NCBI GenBank assembly: GCA_028286605.1
Contig: JAQBRE010000002.1
Location: 60,219 to 124,218, forward strand
DNA length: 64,000 nt
Origin: Parcubacteria group bacterium
GTDB taxonomy: Bacteria; Patescibacteriota; Minisyncoccia; Phycocordibacterales; Phycocordibacteraceae
Direction of reading: 5' to 3'
This document shows positions 17,687-27,309 of this stretch, piece after piece; positions within the stretch are counted from its first letter, which is position 1, and each line of letters opens with the position of its first letter. The position numbers and the translations under genes are program-made. Under the pieces are notes generated by a model. That model was given only the letters and a program-made list of their open reading frames with translations. It had not been told where the DNA came from and did no database searches.

Positions 17687-20128
17687 CTAATCCAGCGGGT
17701 GCATATCACCCCAGTTCGGCCCAACCTTCGGCTGCACCAGTAGCGGGATACCGCGCGTCTCTTCTTCCGGCACCACAGACTCCATAATTGCCTGAATCTT
17801 CTTCGCGAGTTCCGTAACGCGGGATTCTTTGATTTCAAAAACGAGTTCGTCATGCACCTGCAGCAGCATGTGCGCATCTTCGGTCGCCTTCTCTTCTTTC
17901 AGCATCTGATCGATATGCACCATCGCGATCTTGATGATATCTGCCTGCGTGCCTTGTATCGGCGCGTTGATAGCCATACGTTCCGCTTGCGCACGTACAT
18001 ACGGAAGCACTGATTTGATACCAGAGAATTCACGACGACGACCGAAGAGCGTTTCGGTGAAGCCCTGGCGGCGCGCAGCGCCGCGCGTTTCTTCCAGATA
18101 TTCTGCAAGACGATTGAAGGTACGGAAATAATCCTCAAGATACTGCTGCGCTTCGCTGGTACTTGTGCCGAGCTGTGCCTTGAGTGCGTTCACACCCATG
18201 CCGTACAAGATGCCGAAGTTCACGATCTTCGCACGGCGGCGCATTTCTCGATCTACCGTATCAGCAGCAACGCCGAAGACTGCGGCGGCAACTTCTGTGT
18301 GTACGTCGCGTCCTGAACGAAAAATCTCTCCGAGTTTCTCGTCTCCGGAAAGTATCGCCGCCAGGCGCAGTTCTATCTGCGAATAGTCGAGACCGAGCAG
18401 TGTGCTTCCTTTTGGCGCAATAAAGGAGTGGCGAATCGCGCGTCCGCGCTCCGTACGGACCGGAATATTCTGAATGCTCGGATTCTGTGTTGCCATACGT
18501 CCCGTTACGGCACCCGTCTGTATGAACTGCGGGTGCAGGCGGTACTCGCTATCAAGCAGCGGCGGAATATTGTCTATGTAGGTACCGAGCAGTTTCTGAA
18601 TCTGGCGATACTCCATGATGTCTTCGATGATCGGATGTTCGCCTTTCAGCTTCTCGAGCTCGCTTTCTTTAGTAGAACGCTGCCCTGTCGCCGTCTTCTT
18701 CTGTGCCTTTCCGCCAGGTGATTTCAAGCCGAGTTCATCGAAGAGCACATCGCCCAATTGTTTCGGCGAAGCGATATTGAATTCGTGCCCGACGATTCCA
18801 TAGATGCGCTTCTCAACCGCCTCCACTTCTGCGTGATAGGCGACGCCGAGCGAGGCGAGTGCTTTCGTATCTATCATCACACCGTGCGTTTCCATTTCGC
18901 GCAGTACAGGAATGAGCGGCTTCTCTATCTTTTCGTACACTTCGTCCAGCTGACCCGTCGTGGCAATCTTCGCTTCAAGCACTTTGTATGCAGCGTCGAA
19001 TGTCTGTGATTTCGTGTACGCAAGGATGTCGTCAATCGCAGGGTTCGTCAGGTCTGAAGCAAGCAGCCACAGCATCACCTGCGCCTCCTGCAAACGCGTC
19101 GGATCAATGTCCGCAGTATCGATAGGGGCGTCATCTTTTTCTTCTTCAGTTACTCCTTCTGCAGGCGCACCACCCTTCTCGAACACCGCACGTGCACGGC
19201 CGCGAAGCGTGCGGAAACCAAGCTCATCGAAGAGCGCGAGCACTTTCGGTAGCGCGCTGCCATCTTTCCAAACGGCTTCTGGAAGCTTGAACGTAATAGG
19301 CGCATCGATGCGAATAGTCGCGAGCATCTTGGAGAAGACCGCATCTTCCTCGTGTTCTTTCAGCAACCCGACGATACGGGGCTTGATTCCCTGTTCGGTA
19401 AACTGCGCCTCATTCTTTTTCAGCTTCTTATAGATATCTTCGATGGAGCCGAACTTCTGAATGAGTTCTGTCGCCGTCTTCTCACCCACACCAGGAATAC
19501 CGATGATGTTGTCCGAGGGGTCGCCGCGCAGTCCTTTATAATCGGCGATCATCTTCGGCGGGAATCCATAGCGCTCTTCCACTGCCTTCTCGTCATACAG
19601 AATCGTATCGTTGAGACCTTTCTTGAGCGTGTATACCTTCACGCGATTCTTCTCGATGAGCTGCATCGTATCCATGTCGCCGGAAGCGATAATGATCTCC
19701 AGATCTTTCTGATCGCGTGTCATGTACGCGATGGTGCCGAGGATGTCATCAGCCTCGAATCCTTCTTTCTCGAAAATAGGTATGGAAAATGCAGCAAAGA
19801 CATTGCGCGAAGTGTTGAGCTGCTTTGCGAGCGCATCATCAAGCGAGGAGCGCGTTCCCTTATATGCTTCGTATGCCTCATGACGGAACGTCGCCTTGGG
19901 TAAATCGTAACAGGATGCGATGTAATCGGGTTTCAAGTCCTGGATGATACGAAGCAGCATCGAAGAAAGGCCGTAGAGAGCGCCAGTTGGTTCACCGGTT
20001 GGCGAACTGAAATCAGGGAGCGCATGATACGCGCGATGAATGATCGCGTGCGCATCAAGCAGGATGAGTCGCTGTTTCTTCACGACCGCTTTCTTCGCTA
20101 CTGGTTTCTTTGCGGGTGCTTTAGGCAT
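17687..20128 (-). CDS. polA: DNA polymerase I (proofreading domain reduced)
   Basis: LLDAHAIIHRAYHA, EADD, GDPSDNI, DYSQIELR, NFGILYG, QVHDEL. Confidence 0.97.
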   Translation of the reverse strand: MPKAPAKKPVAKKAVVKKQRLILLDAHAIIHRAYHALPDFSSPTGEPTGALYGLSSMLLRIIQDLKPDYIASCYDLPKATFRHEAYEAYKGTRSSLDDALAKQLNTSRNVFAAFSIPIFEKEGFEADDILGTIAYMTRDQKDLEIIIASGDMDTMQLIEKNRVKVYTLKKGLNDTILYDEKAVEERYGFPPKMIADYKGLRGDPSDNIIGIPGVGEKTATELIQKFGSIEDIYKKLKKNEAQFTEQGIKPRIVGLLKEHEEDAVFSKMLATIRIDAPITFKLPEAVWKDGSALPKVLALFDELGFRTLRGRARAVFEKGGAPAEGVTEEEKDDAPIDTADIDPTRLQEAQVMLWLLASDLTNPAIDDILAYTKSQTFDAAYKVLEAKIATTGQLDEVYEKIEKPLIPVLREMETHGVMIDTKALASLGVAYHAEVEAVEKRIYGIVGHEFNIASPKQLGDVLFDELGLKSPGGKAQKKTATGQRSTKESELEKLKGEHPIIEDIMEYRQIQKLLGTYIDNIPPLLDSEYRLHPQFIQTGAVTGRMATQNPSIQNIPVRTERGRAIRHSFIAPKGSTLLGLDYSQIELRLAAILSGDEKLGEIFRSGRDVHTEVAAAVFGVAADTVDREMRRRAKIVNFGILYGMGVNALKAQLGTSTSEAQQYLEDYFRTFNRLAEYLEETRGAARRQGFTETLFGRRREFSGIKSVLPYVRAQAERMAINAPIQGTQADIIKIAMVHIDQMLKEEKATEDAHMLLQVHDELVFEIKESRVTELAKKIQAIMESVVPEEETRGIPLLVQPKVGPNWGDMHPLD

Positions 20129-20570
20129 AGGAAATATTTCTACCAGTATCTGCGACTTCGAGCGTTATGCGCGTGCGCACTGTCGGCAATCCGTCTGCAA
20201 CCTGTTCAGGCCATTCAAGCAGAATAAGATTGTGCTTGTCCTGCATGAGTTCATCGAAACCGAGCGGTGGAAGTGAACGTCCGCTTTCAAGCCGATACGC
20301 ATCGATGTGTACCAAGCGTTTGAATCCATGCGAAGCATCTTCAGGAAGTTCATATATTTTCTCCAGAACGAATGTAGGGCTCGTAACCGCTTCGCTGATG
20401 CCGAGCGCGCTTGCGACTCCTTGCGTGAACGACGTCTTCCCTGCTCCCAGCTCGCCAGAAAGGGTCACGAGCGTGGCGCTGGCTTCCGCAGGCGCCAGCG
20501 TATCCACGAAACGCACGGCTTCAGCCTGCAGCGCAGCCAGGTCAACAAGGTTCTTCGAAACGTTCTCCAT
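20121..20570 (-). CDS. tsaE: t6A biosynthesis ATPase TsaE
   Basis: GELGAGKT, SPTF, HIDAYR, LEW. Confidence 0.95.
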   Translation of the reverse strand: MENVSKNLVDLAALQAEAVRFVDTLAPAEASATLVTLSGELGAGKTSFTQGVASALGISEAVTSPTFVLEKIYELPEDASHGFKRLVHIDAYRLESGRSLPPLGFDELMQDKHNLILLEWPEQVADGLPTVRTRITLEVADTGRNISYA

Positions 20571-20657
20571 AATATAGAAATTGTACCCTTGAATAGAAAA
20601 AACGCCTGCTCCCTCTCCGAAGAGAAGAAACAGGCGCTTGGCGAATCACCAGGATGA

Positions 20658-21311
20658 TCAGTGATGGCCGCTGAATGCGCTCGCTAGGACAGCGACGCCG
20701 ACACCAGCCACAACAGTGCCAACGATGACCTTTTCGGTCTTGGTCGCCGGCCGATAGTCGGGGTAGCCATAGGACTCGTAACAGCAGTCTAGACGATTCT
20801 CCCACCGATAGGGGTGAAAGGGCGCATCTCGCCACTGGTCGCTGAAGTTGACCCAGAGGGTGTATCCGTCCTTGTGCCTGTTAGTACGTTCGTACCGCGG
20901 GTCCAGCATGTGCTGGGTATCGTCGACCCAGAAGCTATATATGTCCGGACCCGGATAGGTCACCTGGCGAGCGACTTGAGTCGGCGCCGAATCAGAGGCG
21001 TGGAACTGAAGGTCGCTTTGCGGCTGCGGCATTTCGTCCGAAGCCTTGGGCACGCCCGGTTCCCTGAAGTATCCGCAGCTGTGCCACTTCTGATGCGTGT
21101 CTTCCGCATAGTACTGGCAGGCGCGGAAGGCATGATCGCCTTCTTGAGCCTTGTCCGGCGGCATGATACTGAACAGCACGGGCTTGGCCGCGCCTTCCTG
21201 GGTGTACCAAGCACGGTCCTTCAGCGTTGTCGCGGAGGCCGAAGCCGCCGAGGCAAAGCAGAGGGCGCCGAGCAGGCCGGCGATGATCATCTTCGTGTTG
21301 GAAAGGTTCAT
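20658..21311 (-). CDS. Exported hypothetical protein with C-terminal hydrophobic tail
   Basis: Signal peptide (ASASA), C-terminal VIVGTVVAGVGVAVLA. Confidence 0.7.
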   Translation of the reverse strand: MNLSNTKMIIAGLLGALCFASAASASATTLKDRAWYTQEGAAKPVLFSIMPPDKAQEGDHAFRACQYYAEDTHQKWHSCGYFREPGVPKASDEMPQPQSDLQFHASDSAPTQVARQVTYPGPDIYSFWVDDTQHMLDPRYERTNRHKDGYTLWVNFSDQWRDAPFHPYRWENRLDCCYESYGYPDYRPATKTEKVIVGTVVAGVGVAVLASAFSGHH

Positions 21312-21437
21312 TTGACTTGGTCTCCCTAGTGGAAATTCAGGTTGTTGGTTCGTATATGAATATATACCATAAATCCTAAAATGTCAATAGCCCATACGGC
21401 AGCCTTGTGTGGTGGTATCATGCCTATATTCATTCAT

Positions 21438-23099
21438 ATGCACGCCCAATTCGACACTGAAGCCGAGGACGCGAAGCTCAAGAATCTGCGCGAACGCGAG
21501 GAAGAGGACCTTGCGCAGGTACTTTCTGAAAAATACGGCATTCCGTATACCGATCTCTCGCTTATTCCGGTGAACGCAGATGCATTGCGCATCATTCCCG
21601 AAGCAGATGCCAAAGCAGCGCAGGCTGTCGCCTTCGAGAAGAACGGCAAGCATCTTTCAGTGGCGCTGCGTAGTACCGAGGTTGATGCAACTCATAAGCT
21701 GCTTGAACAGCTCGAGCAGGAGGGATACATCGTTGAGAAGTTTCTTATCTCTGAACGCAGCCTCGCGCTAGCGTTTGAGCATTACAAGGATCTTTCATAC
21801 GCGACGCAGTCTAAGGAAGGCACGTTCAATATCGGCGAGGCGGAGCGCTCTTCCCTTTCAACGCTTGCAGGCTTGCGTACCTATTTAGACGAGTCGCTTT
21901 CAGTGAAAAAGACGATGCAGATATCGCATGTGTTCGAGGGAATACTCGCATCCGCACTCGCGCTCAAGGCGTCTGACATACATTTCGAACCGGAAGAAGA
22001 GACGGTTCGCATGCGCCTCCGCCTTGATGGCCAGCTCACTGATGTCTACGCGTTCGAGACGCACTCATACCACCTTCTTGAATCGCGCATCAAGATTCTC
22101 TCTGGCTTGAAATTGAACGTAGAGAACCGCGCGCAGGATGGCCGCTTCACGGTTGCCATTCACGGTATTGAAATCGAAATACGCACGTCGATAATCCCCG
22201 GAAACTACGGAGAGTCCATCGTGATGCGTATCCTCGATCCGAACGCGATCAATCGCACACTAAGCGAGCTCGGCATCCATCCGAAACTGCTTGCACGCCT
22301 TGCGACGGAAATTCATCGTCCGAACGGCATGCTTCTTAATACCGGCCCGACGGGTTCTGGAAAGACCACGACGCTCTATACCTTCCTGCAGGAAGTACAT
22401 GCGCCGGAAGTGAAGATAATAACGATCGAGGATCCGGTTGAATATCACTTGCCTGGCATCGTGCAGACACAGACTGATGAGAAGGACTACACCTTCGCGC
22501 TCGGTCTTCGTTCTATCCTTCGTCAGGACCCTGATGTGATCATGGTGGGAGAAATCCGCGATGCAGAAGTCGCTGAAACAGCCATTCAGGCGGCACTTAC
22601 CGGACACTTCGTATTCACGACGCTGCACACGAATGATGCTGCAGGCGCCTTCCCTCGCCTGTTCGATCTTGGCGTTGACCCCAAGACGGTGCCGTCTGCC
22701 GTTTCTGTGGCGATGGCGCAGCGCCTTATACGTACGCTTAATCCCGAAACGCGCACGATGCGCGCAACGACTGAAGAAGAGAAGCAGACGATCAATCGAA
22801 TTTTCTCTACGCTTACAGACACATCACTTATGCCTGCGTCTATCGAACAGGTCGGTATGGCGAATCCGAATGGTGCGGATGATTCAGGATACAAAGGACG
22901 TATCGGCGTATACGAGGCGATTTTCATGGACGACCAACTCGCTGAATTCCTTCGAACAGCACCGTCTGCAAGCGACATCGCGAAAGAAGTTGCACGACAA
23001 GGGTTCCTCACCATGGCGCAGGACGGCGTATTGCGTGCACTCGCCGGCGAAACGACGCTTGAAGAGGTGTTTAGCGTCGTTGATGTGCCGCGCGGCTAG
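21438..23099 (+). CDS. pilB: Type IV pilus assembly ATPase PilB/GspE
   Basis: ASDIHFEP, QDGRF, GPTGSGKTTT, EDPVE, LRQDPD, TLHTN. Confidence 0.93.
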   Translation: MHAQFDTEAEDAKLKNLREREEEDLAQVLSEKYGIPYTDLSLIPVNADALRIIPEADAKAAQAVAFEKNGKHLSVALRSTEVDATHKLLEQLEQEGYIVEKFLISERSLALAFEHYKDLSYATQSKEGTFNIGEAERSSLSTLAGLRTYLDESLSVKKTMQISHVFEGILASALALKASDIHFEPEEETVRMRLRLDGQLTDVYAFETHSYHLLESRIKILSGLKLNVENRAQDGRFTVAIHGIEIEIRTSIIPGNYGESIVMRILDPNAINRTLSELGIHPKLLARLATEIHRPNGMLLNTGPTGSGKTTTLYTFLQEVHAPEVKIITIEDPVEYHLPGIVQTQTDEKDYTFALGLRSILRQDPDVIMVGEIRDAEVAETAIQAALTGHFVFTTLHTNDAAGAFPRLFDLGVDPKTVPSAVSVAMAQRLIRTLNPETRTMRATTEEEKQTINRIFSTLTDTSLMPASIEQVGMANPNGADDSGYKGRIGVYEAIFMDDQLAEFLRTAPSASDIAKEVARQGFLTMAQDGVLRALAGETTLEEVFSVVDVPRG

Positions 23100-23101
23100 T
23101 T

Positions 23102-23129
23102 TTGATTCAAACTTTTAATTTGCTATACT
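23102..23129 (+). promoter_or_regulatory. Sigma70 promoter pointing antisense into the pemK 3' end
   Basis: TTGATT-N16-TATACT with extended -10 TG; no plus-strand ORF follows. Confidence 0.6.
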
Positions 23130-23134
23130 GAACA

Positions 23135-23204
23135 GGTCTTGATTCGTTCAAGACACTTTTGGCTAGACCACGACCCGCGCAGGCAACTGCGCGGGGTTGA
23201 TTTT
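23135..23204 (+). ncRNA. Candidate antisense sRNA to the PemK/MazF gene
   Basis: Promoter, hairpin GTCTTGA/TCAAGAC, terminator-like CCCGCGCAG-GCAA-CTGCGCGGG then GTTGATTTT. Confidence 0.5.
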
Positions 23205-23588
23205 ATGTAATGTGGCGTATGCATCGGTGATTTTATTCTGATCTTCTTTGCTGACCTGTTCCACTCTTTGAGTTAGTCGTCGATAGTCCAACGTCTGACC
23301 TTGGGCAATTACAACTACTCGCTTCTGCCCCTGCATTTTAATAGGAACGTACCAACTGCCTTCTTTTGATTTACTGGTGATAGGTAGTGCGTGGTACGTA
23401 TACTGATTATATTTTTTGAAGATATAAACTGGTCGAGTAAATCCTTCGCCCTTTCCGCTTAATTCATGGCCAATATTTTCACCAAAGTGCGACCACCAAA
23501 TCTCTCCCTCCTTAAAGAAAGGTGGCTGGGTGTTTTTCGAATCAAGGTGTTCCTTAACTCGGAACCAGTTGAAGAATCTCTTTATCAC
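23163..23588 (-). CDS. PemK/MazF-family endoribonuclease toxin, no protein antitoxin adjacent
   Basis: EGEIWW..GENIGHE..GKG..FTRPV, LPITSK, QTLDYRRL. Confidence 0.88.
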   Translation of the reverse strand: MIKRFFNWFRVKEHLDSKNTQPPFFKEGEIWWSHFGENIGHELSGKGEGFTRPVYIFKKYNQYTYHALPITSKSKEGSWYVPIKMQGQKRVVVIAQGQTLDYRRLTQRVEQVSKEDQNKITDAYATLHKINPAQLPARVVV

Positions 23589-23635
23589 CGGCAGAGCATA
23601 GCAGAGCGAGATAGGAGAAAAATCAACGAAAGATA

Positions 23636-23675
23636 AAGAAAAACCGCCGCTCGTTAGAGCGGCGGTTTTTCTTTT
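23636..23675. terminator. Bidirectional terminator
   Basis: AAAACCGCCGCTC-GTTA-GAGCGGCGGTTTTT. Confidence 0.8.
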
Positions 23676-23680
23676 AGGAG

Positions 23681-23841
23681 ATCCTGCACACTACCCTCCA
23701 GGCACTCCGTTCTATAAATAGAACGGCGGACGAATCGCCTGAGGAACAACCCAGCGAGCTCACTACGAGGTGAGAACCAGATAATCCTTGGGGAAGCGCC
23801 CCGAAGCCGTCAAGCCTTGCCTAGAGGGTGGTATGCGGGAT
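23681..23841. ncRNA. Candidate 161-nt structured RNA
   Basis: 24-bp imperfect closing stem with internal hairpins, in an intergenic gap. Confidence 0.5.
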
Positions 23842-23923
23842 GAAAAAGAAAGACCTTGCACAGGTGCAAGGTACGTATGAGGCGAAACCCTCATGTGATA
23901 CAATGCTAGCACACCCTCTTTTT

Positions 23924-24913
23924 ATGTCAAGTAGCTCCGACGACACAGCCCTTCCTATCAAGCTTCGCGACCAGGCGCTCGATGCAGCGCTCCGTCCTTC
24001 ACTGTGGGATGAATACGTGGGCCAGGGGCATGTGAAAGACAACGTACATATCGTTCTGGAGGCCGCGAAGATGCGCGGCGATATGCCAGAACACCTTTTG
24101 TTCTATGGACCTCCTGGCGTCGGGAAGACAACGCTCGCGCATTTGATCGGGAAATCACTCAACGCGCCAGTGAAGACTACTTCCGGTGTTGCGATAGAGC
24201 GTGCAGGCGATCTTGCTGCGATTCTCACTAACCTTGAACCAGGAACCGTGCTCTTCATCGACGAGATCCATCAGCTTTCGAGCAAGATCGAGGAGCTCCT
24301 CTACCCTGCTCTCGAGTCTGGCTCGCTCGATATAATTCTCGGCAAAGGGCCTAGCGCACGTACGGTTGAGCTTTCGCTTCCGCCATTCACTTTGGTTGGT
24401 GCAACCACCCGCGTCGCCCAACTTTCCGGTCCGCTTCGCTCACGTTTCGGCGGCGGCGTGTATCAGCTGGATTTCTATTCCGACGAAGACCTTCGCGCGA
24501 TTGTCGCGCGTTCCGCGAAGCTTTTGAATATGGAAATCGGTGCAGACGTCATCGACAAGATAGCGCGGCGAAGCCGCGCTACGCCGCGCGTCGCTAACGC
24601 GCTCCTAAAGCGTGTCCGCGATTTCGCGCAGGTTCATGAGAAGCCGCTTACCGCAGAAGTCTGCGACGAAGCATGCCGTCTTTTCGGCATCGATTCGCTT
24701 GGCCTTACCAAAGATGACCGTCGCTACATGGAAACGCTTCGTGATTCGTTCAAGAGCGGTCCTGCTGGTGTTCGCGCCCTCGCAAGCGCGCTGCATGAAG
24801 ATGCAGACACCGTGGAAAACCTATACGAACCCTATCTCCTTCGCCTAGGCTTCATTGAGCGCTCCTCACGAGGTCGCATCCTCACTACGAAAGGAAAAGA
24901 GTATCTAGGCTGA
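23924..24913 (+). CDS. ruvB: Holliday junction helicase RuvB
   Basis: LRP, GPPGVGKTT, FIDEIH, GATTR, EPYL. Confidence 0.96.
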   Translation: MSSSSDDTALPIKLRDQALDAALRPSLWDEYVGQGHVKDNVHIVLEAAKMRGDMPEHLLFYGPPGVGKTTLAHLIGKSLNAPVKTTSGVAIERAGDLAAILTNLEPGTVLFIDEIHQLSSKIEELLYPALESGSLDIILGKGPSARTVELSLPPFTLVGATTRVAQLSGPLRSRFGGGVYQLDFYSDEDLRAIVARSAKLLNMEIGADVIDKIARRSRATPRVANALLKRVRDFAQVHEKPLTAEVCDEACRLFGIDSLGLTKDDRRYMETLRDSFKSGPAGVRALASALHEDADTVENLYEPYLLRLGFIERSSRGRILTTKGKEYLG

Positions 24914-24914
24914 T

Positions 24915-25211
24915 CTACGCAGACACCTGAACGCCGTTCCAGAATGCGACGTAGTTCGTGAAATCCTTCCCCACTTTCTCAATAGAGCCGTCTTTCGGCT
25001 CAGGATAATACCACGCAGCATTCTCGTTACGTTCTCCATTCACCACGACGGTGTAGTAGTGCGCGAGTCCTTTCCATACGCAGACGCTTGTGTGGTCCGT
25101 CTTCTCAAGCAGTTCCATCTTCACGGAGCTTGGCGGAAAGTACTGGTTCCCTTCTATCTCGATAGTTTCGTCGCTTTCTGCTATCACTTCATTGTTCCAG
25201 GTGGCTTTCAT
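24915..25211 (-). CDS. DUF427 family protein
   Basis: EGNQYFPP, CVWKGLAHYY, NAAWYYPEPK. Confidence 0.92.
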   Translation of the reverse strand: MKATWNNEVIAESDETIEIEGNQYFPPSSVKMELLEKTDHTSVCVWKGLAHYYTVVVNGERNENAAWYYPEPKDGSIEKVGKDFTNYVAFWNGVQVSA

Positions 25212-25837
25212 ACGCAGACTGCTTCTGTCTTTTTAATCGCTGCTTTCACCGCCGGGCGCGAATCCATTTCATCGAACCAGCGTGATACGTTCGGATATTC
25301 TCCAAAATCAATAATATCCATGGTCTTTGCTGCGCGTATCCACGGCCACGTCGCCATGTCTGCGATCGAATATTCATTCGCGAGGTAGTCCCCTTTCGCG
25401 AGTTTCACATCGAGTACGGCAAACAATCTCTTCGCTTCATTCGTATAGCGATCGATCGCATACGGAATCTTTTCTGGTGCGAATCGCACGAAGTGCGCGA
25501 GCTGGCCGAGCATCGGTCCGACACCTGCCATCTGGAACATGAGCCATTCCATCACTTCATATTTTTCTCGCGCATCTTTCGGCAAGAATTTACCGCTCTT
25601 TTCAGCGAGGTATTCAAGGATCGCTCCGGATTCGAATATCGTGAGCGGTCCGCCTTGCGCATCTTCATCTACGAGCGTCGGAATCTTGCTGTTGAGATTC
25701 AATACTAAATATTCAGGCGTCTTCTGTTCTCCTTTCGATATGTCGATCGGAATAAGTTCATACTCAATGCCAAGTTCCTCTAGAAGGATGGGAACTTTAA
25801 AGCCATTCGGTGTCTTCCAGGTATAGAGTTTCAGCAT
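25208..25837 (-). CDS. Glutathione S-transferase (YfcG-like)
   Basis: TPNG, KIP, FESGAIL, SIADMATWPW. Confidence 0.93.
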   Translation of the reverse strand: MLKLYTWKTPNGFKVPILLEELGIEYELIPIDISKGEQKTPEYLVLNLNSKIPTLVDEDAQGGPLTIFESGAILEYLAEKSGKFLPKDAREKYEVMEWLMFQMAGVGPMLGQLAHFVRFAPEKIPYAIDRYTNEAKRLFAVLDVKLAKGDYLANEYSIADMATWPWIRAAKTMDIIDFGEYPNVSRWFDEMDSRPAVKAAIKKTEAVCV

Positions 25838-25904
25838 AAAAAAGAATAGTTACGGCTATGCGCTAACTGTACTCTCCACTCAATGAAGGTCTCGTGGGGG
25901 ATAA

Positions 25905-26657
25905 CTACGAAGCGAGCCTGCGTTTCTCTTCTTCCTTGTGCGTAAGCGTAAGGTAGCCGACGAAACCGATAATCAAGATAAGGAGCGCAAGGCTGACAGG
26001 GCCAGTGCCCCAGCCAAGACCGCTGCGCGCAGTTGAAACGCCCATCCAGTCTGCGAAAGAAGCCCCGAGCGGGCGCGTAACGATATAGGCGAACCAGAAT
26101 GCGAGTATCTCGCTAAGACCGAACCAGTAGTACGCAACCAGTGGAATAAGAATGATTATCGCGAACACCACGCCTGAGGTGAAATATCCCAAATGAAGAG
26201 TGGCAGCGGTCATGTCGCCGGTTGCAGTGCCGAGCGCGAACGTGGTGAGAACTGTTGCCCAATAAAATAATTCCCGTCGAACCGTCGTTATGGAGTGAAT
26301 CGAAAGAGTCCTCTCGGTCCTGTGCCAAACAAAAAATATAACCGCGAGAACAATTCCGAAGAAGATTGTGGAAACAAGATACGGAACGCCAAGGACCACG
26401 TGCACCAAATCTGCAGCCATCGTTCCGAAGATACTCACCATCACCACAGCGAACCAATATATGGATGGTATGTATTTTTTAGCTGAAAATTGAAAGACGA
26501 ATGCGACGATAAGACCGATGCCCGCGATAATTACGCCCGTAACAGGGACGAAGTGCGTTACGAGCCAGTCTGAAGTCGTTTCGCCCATACCCGTAGTCAA
26601 GATCTTCGTTATCCAGAAAAATACGCCGATCGCAGGAACTTTGATTCGCTTTAGCAT
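25905..26657 (-). CDS. DUF347-type membrane protein
   Basis: FWITKILTTGMGETTSD, ALGTATGD, TRPLGASFAD. Confidence 0.85.
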   Translation of the reverse strand: MLKRIKVPAIGVFFWITKILTTGMGETTSDWLVTHFVPVTGVIIAGIGLIVAFVFQFSAKKYIPSIYWFAVVMVSIFGTMAADLVHVVLGVPYLVSTIFFGIVLAVIFFVWHRTERTLSIHSITTVRRELFYWATVLTTFALGTATGDMTAATLHLGYFTSGVVFAIIILIPLVAYYWFGLSEILAFWFAYIVTRPLGASFADWMGVSTARSGLGWGTGPVSLALLILIIGFVGYLTLTHKEEEKRRLAS

Positions 26658-26663
26658 GCTCGA

Positions 26664-26846
26664 TTACTGATTGATTTTATTTTTAAACAAGGACTGTATC
26701 GACAAGCCTATCACCAGGATACTTAAAAAGCCTGTCAGGTATTCAGTCATGGTGTGTGCCTCACCAGTCTTAAGTAGATCATGGAACATGAGAAAATCGA
26801 CAAGCAGAAACCCGATGATAAGCACCACATCAATTAGTTTTTTCAT
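26664..26846 (-). CDS. Small 2-TM protein
   Basis: 60-aa hydrophobic ORF apparently co-transcribed with the DUF347 gene. Confidence 0.6.
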   Translation of the reverse strand: MKKLIDVVLIIGFLLVDFLMFHDLLKTGEAHTMTEYLTGFLSILVIGLSIQSLFKNKINQ

Positions 26847-26880
26847 ATACCTAGTACTACCGGTCTTGCGTATGTAAGGT

Positions 26881-26908
26881 TGCTAGCTGTCTGGGACAAT
26901 GTTGGAAC
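26881..26908 (-). repeat. Cassette site B, copy 2
   Basis: Reverse complement GTTCCAACATTGTCCCAGACAGCTAGCA. Confidence 0.85.
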
Positions 26909-26957
26909 CTTTATGCAACTGTGTTAGGGTTCTGTCCAGACTGAATAGGAGGTGGTA

Positions 26958-27197
26958 ATGGAAACCAGCAACGTTGACGAATTTCTGGATTCGCTCAAAA
27001 CAAAAGGCGTTCTTCAGAATTCAACACTCGAAACCCTGCTTCGGACAATGGCGAGAAAAGATGTCTCGCTTGGTGCAGGAATACAAGCTGTTCTCACAAA
27101 CGCATTGCAGGAGATGAACGTACGCGAATCCGGCGTCTACACGGCTGCTGCCATAATGATTGGGCTGATCAATTCCATGCCATCTAGCTCTGGTTAA
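26958..27197 (+). CDS. Cassette 2 cargo, small hypothetical protein
   Basis: AGGAGG RBS then ATG 26958; downstream hairpin AGGGTCTCA/TGAGACCCT. Confidence 0.65.
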   Translation: METSNVDEFLDSLKTKGVLQNSTLETLLRTMARKDVSLGAGIQAVLTNALQEMNVRESGVYTAAAIMIGLINSMPSSSG

Positions 27198-27250
27198 CAC
27201 TCTGAGCGAGGGTCTCATTGCAGAAATGCGTGAGACCCTTCGTTATTAGT

Positions 27251-27273
27251 TGCTGGCTGTCTAGGGATCGAAC
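27251..27273 (-). repeat. Cassette site A, copy 2
   Basis: Reverse complement GTTCGATCCCTAGACAGCCAGCA. Confidence 0.85.
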
Positions 27274-27309
27274 GTTGGGTTGGGTGGGTAATTTTGATAT
27301 AGTTTATAT

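Noticed and set aside
20658-21311. Exported ORFan as a fifth A/B cassette
   Set aside because: No convincing A or B match in either flank
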